A stretch of 10,238 nt of DNA from a virus. This document shows, in pieces, positions 6,841 through 10,238 of this stretch. Every line of letters starts with the position of its first letter. Positions within the stretch are counted from its first letter, which is position 1. The notes under the pieces are model-generated. The model saw only the letters and a list, made by a program, of their open reading frames with translations, was not told where the DNA came from and made no database searches. The position numbers and the translations under genes are program-made. The DNA is taken from the UHGV virus genome UHGV-1552609, one strand, 5' to 3'.

Positions 6841-8152
6841 CGTTTTCCTCTTCCGTTTCTACTACACTGGCAGGGCCATCGTATCCGGCAGCCTCGCGGA
6901 TCTCGTCACCGCTAAATATTTCTTCACCAGTAGCCAGACAAGCCTGATTGATTTGTGCCATTTTGTATGCCGCTTCCAGTAGTTCGGCTTTAGTCATGGC
7001 GTTCAGGTCGTCCCATATAACTGATACATCAATTGGCATACTGATAAGGCGGAGATCTGCCATCTTGCGGAATAGTTCCTCAAGCTCGCCTCCGATTTCC
7101 TCGCGGCGGGTCATACAGCGGCTGTTGAAGTAGCGGAGATCTTCGGTTGATGCGCGTTCGCCCTGCTGGTTACCAACCAGGATGCGGGTCGGAATATCAA
7201 TACCAGCGGCGGCAGTTTGCAGGTTTACGTCATAGGTTGCTGACGGGTCAGATACGGCAGTCACTAGCGGGCTTACTGTTGCCCCCTGTAATGCCATCAT
7301 CACGTCGTTACCCTTATTCATTTCAGCCGCTGCCTCGTTGAATTTTTCGCGCAGCTCTGTGACGTCGCATCCGTATGTTGCAGCCAGAGAACGGAAATCA
7401 ATTTCTTTATCGAACGAGATAGCAAGTTGACGTGCTGCGTTTTTCAGGAATGATTCACCGCTGCCGCCTTCCACTTTCTCCAGCGAAACGAATGCGTTAT
7501 AGGACGGCTCAAGGAAAGCAATGGCATCATCAGAATAATCACCGAAGATAAATATGCGATCTGGATGTATCTTTCTTGCTATGGTCTTATTGTTAATGCG
7601 CTCCTTGTATTCCCACCATGTAGGCAGGCCATAGTTTTCTTTATCCGGGTTTTCTTCGAAGTCCTTCGGTGTAAGAGCACCAGCCCATACGGGGGTAAAT
7701 TTGGCAATGCCTACGCCTTTTGTTACTGGCTGATCCCACGGCTGGTTATCTCTGACATGAATTAACAGGCCAGCATAACGACCGATGAGGCGGCGGCGGT
7801 CGCATTCGGCAATGACACGCCAAAATCTGTTATCAAATTGTTTCTTGATTTCTCTTTCCCAGGGTGTTTCCGTTTCGGCTTTCTCGTCTTCGGTTCCTTC
7901 AATCATCGTTGGCCTGGTGCGCCAGCAAGTTGTGATAATCTTTTCTACAGCACCATGAGCGATACCACCGCGCCTGTACAGTTTGTATAGATCGTCATAC
8001 GTGATCTCTTCTTTGAATCCGTATTCACTCCACGCAGCATCGCGTTTGGCATCTATCCCCATAGTGAATGGGTTGGCGGCTGCATAGCGGGCGTAGGCCG
8101 CCTGGCGTTGAGACAAGGCAGCATTAACCGCCAATTCTAAATTGGATGGCAT
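6782..8152 (-). CDS. Portal protein
   Basis: The track ORF is 6782..8173 (463 aa). The ATG at 8152 (MPSNLELAV...) is preceded by AGGAG with an 8-nt spacer, whereas the first ATG at 8173 has no Shine-Dalgarno. Its size, its position immediately after the large terminase gene and its strongly acidic C-terminal tail are consistent with a portal. Confidence 0.7.
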   Translation of the reverse strand: MPSNLELAVNAALSQRQAAYARYAAANPFTMGIDAKRDAAWSEYGFKEEITYDDLYKLYRRGGIAHGAVEKIITTCWRTRPTMIEGTEDEKAETETPWEREIKKQFDNRFWRVIAECDRRRLIGRYAGLLIHVRDNQPWDQPVTKGVGIAKFTPVWAGALTPKDFEENPDKENYGLPTWWEYKERINNKTIARKIHPDRIFIFGDYSDDAIAFLEPSYNAFVSLEKVEGGSGESFLKNAARQLAISFDKEIDFRSLAATYGCDVTELREKFNEAAAEMNKGNDVMMALQGATVSPLVTAVSDPSATYDVNLQTAAAGIDIPTRILVGNQQGERASTEDLRYFNSRCMTRREEIGGELEELFRKMADLRLISMPIDVSVIWDDLNAMTKAELLEAAYKMAQINQACLATGEEIFSGDEIREAAGYDGPASVVETEEENDDEGEEDNQANTSSRYNAI

Positions 8153-8230
8153 AATGTTTACTCCTGAATACATGTTTACGCGTTGCTACGCGAAAAATAG
8201 AAAAACTTGTGGGGGATTGTGAGGCAGATT

Positions 8231-9709
8231 TTAAAATCCGCGCAGGCGCTTCGGTAACATGAGGCCCATCGCCTGTGGCTGGCTTAATTCGGTAATACCC
8301 CAGACCATTGCGTCCATACGGTCAGGGGATTTTTTGGCTGTAGCTGGCACGTATTCCATCATTTGATTTTCCAGCGTGTACAGTTCACCAGTGTGTGCCA
8401 CCCTTCCTTGCGCATACAGTGCAGATATTGGTTCGGCACGGGCGAATTTACCTTTGCTTGCGTGCACCTTAACAATGCGGCCTTTGAATCCGGCATTGCG
8501 TAGTGTGGCCTCTGCCATGTCACCGCCCTGGTTGGTTTCGATAACCATCGCGTCAGCCTCATGGATGTCATAGGCATTCATTGCTGCGTGCGCCCAGTCG
8601 TTAGGCGACATGCGGCCTGAATAGTCACCATCAACAGAATACTGAGCATTCTTGCCGCCACCATAGGCGGAACACGCCATGATCCCCGTTTCGTCCGATT
8701 CTTCCGATGAGGTTGTCGCCGGGTCGATGGCTATTACCGTGCGGATCTTGTCCTGCGTTATCTGCATCCGGTGCGCTGCGGTTATCATTGCTTCAGTCCA
8801 CAATGCGCCTTCTTCGTCGAATTTACGCGGGCGCTGCATGTACTGGGCCTCAAATGACCGCCTGTGTGCTTTCAGTCCAGCTTCATGGGCGTCATTGTGC
8901 TTTTTAGGCCATAGCCAGCCATCTGGCAGGTTGTGAGCGATAGGGATAGCGAACTCGTTTTCAGGGTACAGATCCCAGTAGTCCAGACCGTTATCGATCT
9001 TCACTGGCAGGTTCAGGTGATACCACTTTTCACCGCTTCCACCGCGTAGCAGGTAGCCTGACAAATCATCGTAGTGGATGCGCTGCATGATGACGATAAC
9101 AGGCGTCGTTTGCACTGCCAGACGTGAAGCAAGCGTGTCGTTATAGTTGGTATTTACCTGCTTTCTCACAACATCGGAGTAAGCGTCAGCGGGTTTTAAT
9201 GGGTCGTCTATGATTAACGCGCCGTTAAATCCCGGTTCCATATACCCGGCACGGAACCCAGTTACCTGGCCCAGCGATGACGTTGCATACACGCCGCCAC
9301 CGTATTCGGTCCACCACATCGATTTTGAGTTTGCATCGTTGCGGATCTTCATGGGCCACATTGCCTGATACTCAGGCGTGCAGATCATGTTTCTTACGGT
9401 CGAGGAATTGAGTAGTGCCAGGTTGTTGGAATAGGAAACGTGAAGGAATCGTGTGCGGGGATTTATTGCGAGGGACCGCGCCATCATATTGATAGTGGCG
9501 ATCATGGTTTTGCCGTACCCTGGGGGGATGTTGATGATGAGTCGGGTTATCTCACCTTTGATAACGCGTTGCAGTGCGTCGCGGATAGCTAAATGATGGC
9601 CTGAGATTAACATCTTCGTTCCATTCGCTTGCTTGTAAAAGTAGCGATTGAAAAACAGGCCATCGTTTTCACATTTGGACTGAATTACTCGTTCTCTGAT
9701 TGTCAACAT
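8231..9709 (-). CDS. terL: Terminase large subunit
   Basis: The track ORF is 8231..9715 with a GTG start. The ATG at 9709 has GAGG 8 nt upstream and lies 2 nt after the small terminase stop. There is a Walker A-like P-loop (PPGYGKT) near the N-terminus, and the C-terminal region contains an AIDPA motif and acidic residues typical of the terminase nuclease domain. About 490 aa, immediately downstream of the small terminase gene. Confidence 0.9.
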   Translation of the reverse strand: MLTIRERVIQSKCENDGLFFNRYFYKQANGTKMLISGHHLAIRDALQRVIKGEITRLIINIPPGYGKTMIATINMMARSLAINPRTRFLHVSYSNNLALLNSSTVRNMICTPEYQAMWPMKIRNDANSKSMWWTEYGGGVYATSSLGQVTGFRAGYMEPGFNGALIIDDPLKPADAYSDVVRKQVNTNYNDTLASRLAVQTTPVIVIMQRIHYDDLSGYLLRGGSGEKWYHLNLPVKIDNGLDYWDLYPENEFAIPIAHNLPDGWLWPKKHNDAHEAGLKAHRRSFEAQYMQRPRKFDEEGALWTEAMITAAHRMQITQDKIRTVIAIDPATTSSEESDETGIMACSAYGGGKNAQYSVDGDYSGRMSPNDWAHAAMNAYDIHEADAMVIETNQGGDMAEATLRNAGFKGRIVKVHASKGKFARAEPISALYAQGRVAHTGELYTLENQMMEYVPATAKKSPDRMDAMVWGITELSQPQAMGLMLPKRLRGF

Positions 9710-9711
9710 AA

Positions 9712-10107
9712 TCACACCTCGTCTTCTACTTCCTGGACGATGCGGGCGATCTCTTCTTTCGTGACTTCAACCTGGACTGGCGCTTCTTCCCTGTTGCCGA
9801 CGATCTCCTGCGTGACGCGTTCACCATATTTACGCGGTTGCAGTTTTGCCAGTAACCATTTACGCGTTTCAATCATCAAATGATGTCTGTTCAATTCTTC
9901 CTTTTTGATGTTCTCTGGCGCATCAGCAAGATCGATAATCTCATCAGCCAATACCTCAAAACCGATCTCCTTCGCGCGCATATACATGTCCGAAAACTCT
10001 GGCACATCACGGAACCACTTGAGGATTGTTGAACGTGCAGGCATACCAGGCATCTTCGAAATTTTGTTAATGCTTTCGCCGTCCGACACAAGCTCGCAGA
10101 TCTCCAA
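9712..10107 (-). CDS. terS: Terminase small subunit (5' boundary uncertain; conserved coding appears to extend upstream to about 10200 with no in-frame start)
   Basis: The protein has a helix-turn-helix-like N-terminal region (ICELVSDGESINKISKMPGMPARSTILKWFRDVPEFSDMYMRAKE) that matches, from memory, the conserved N-terminus of many small terminases, and it sits directly upstream of the large terminase gene. The only available start in the track ORF is TTG at 10107, which would cut into this conserved region; see the corresponding finding. Confidence 0.75.
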   Translation of the reverse strand: MEICELVSDGESINKISKMPGMPARSTILKWFRDVPEFSDMYMRAKEIGFEVLADEIIDLADAPENIKKEELNRHHLMIETRKWLLAKLQPRKYGERVTQEIVGNREEAPVQVEVTKEEIARIVQEVEDEV

Positions 10108-10238
10108 TGCCTTTTCTTCTGAATAGCCATGTGGACGGCCCGTCTTTTTGGCTGCTGGCTTTTTATCGTCAGCCTTTGCCTTTTTATCGCCAAAGTTCCT
10201 TTATGGTTTCTTCAAATTCATGATTGATACCGGGTTTA

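Noticed and set aside
8174-8230. The 57-nt gap between the large terminase and portal genes, with a TACGCG-N4-TACGCG direct repeat and a 4-bp CGCG hairpin (8177-8192); considered as a terminator or regulatory site
   Set aside because: The stem is only 4 bp and has no downstream T-tract on the coding strand, and I found no convincing -35/-10 promoter. Part of the gap becomes coding if the portal starts at 8173. Too weak to call.
8359-8577. 72-aa minus-strand ORF nested in the large terminase gene
   Set aside because: Alternative frame within the large terminase coding region; shadow ORF.
9891-10193. 100-aa minus-strand ORF (TTG start, Arg-rich) overlapping the small terminase
   Set aside because: It is out of frame with the conserved small terminase reading frame and its translation is an Arg/Cys-rich shadow. 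It is of interest only because its TTG and the A5 run bear on the small terminase start problem described in the findings.

Overview
This window is the edge of a sequencing contig carrying the DNA-packaging, head and head-tail joining module of a tailed (siphovirus-like) phage or prophage, with every credible gene on the minus strand. Positions 1-45 are an Illumina TruSeq adapter, not biology. Reading right to left, the genes are: small terminase, large terminase, portal, Mu-F/SPP1-gp7-like minor head protein, scaffolding protein, a small head protein, major capsid protein, an intrinsic terminator, five small head-tail joining genes, major tail protein, a second intrinsic terminator, and a Cys-rich tail-region gene cut off by the contig edge. 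Coding density is very high, with overlapping or abutting stop/start junctions typical of a phage late operon. I see no tRNA, rRNA, CRISPR array, IS element, integrase or recognisable defence or anti-defence system; this is an ordinary structural region, not a novel system. The points worth a second look are the adapter contamination, the small terminase gene whose conserved N-terminal coding region has no in-frame start codon, the truncated Cys-rich ORF, and a 21-bp tandem duplication in the scaffold gene. All functional calls rest on motif recognition from memory and gene order; no homology search was possible, and start codons were chosen by Shine-Dalgarno inspection.
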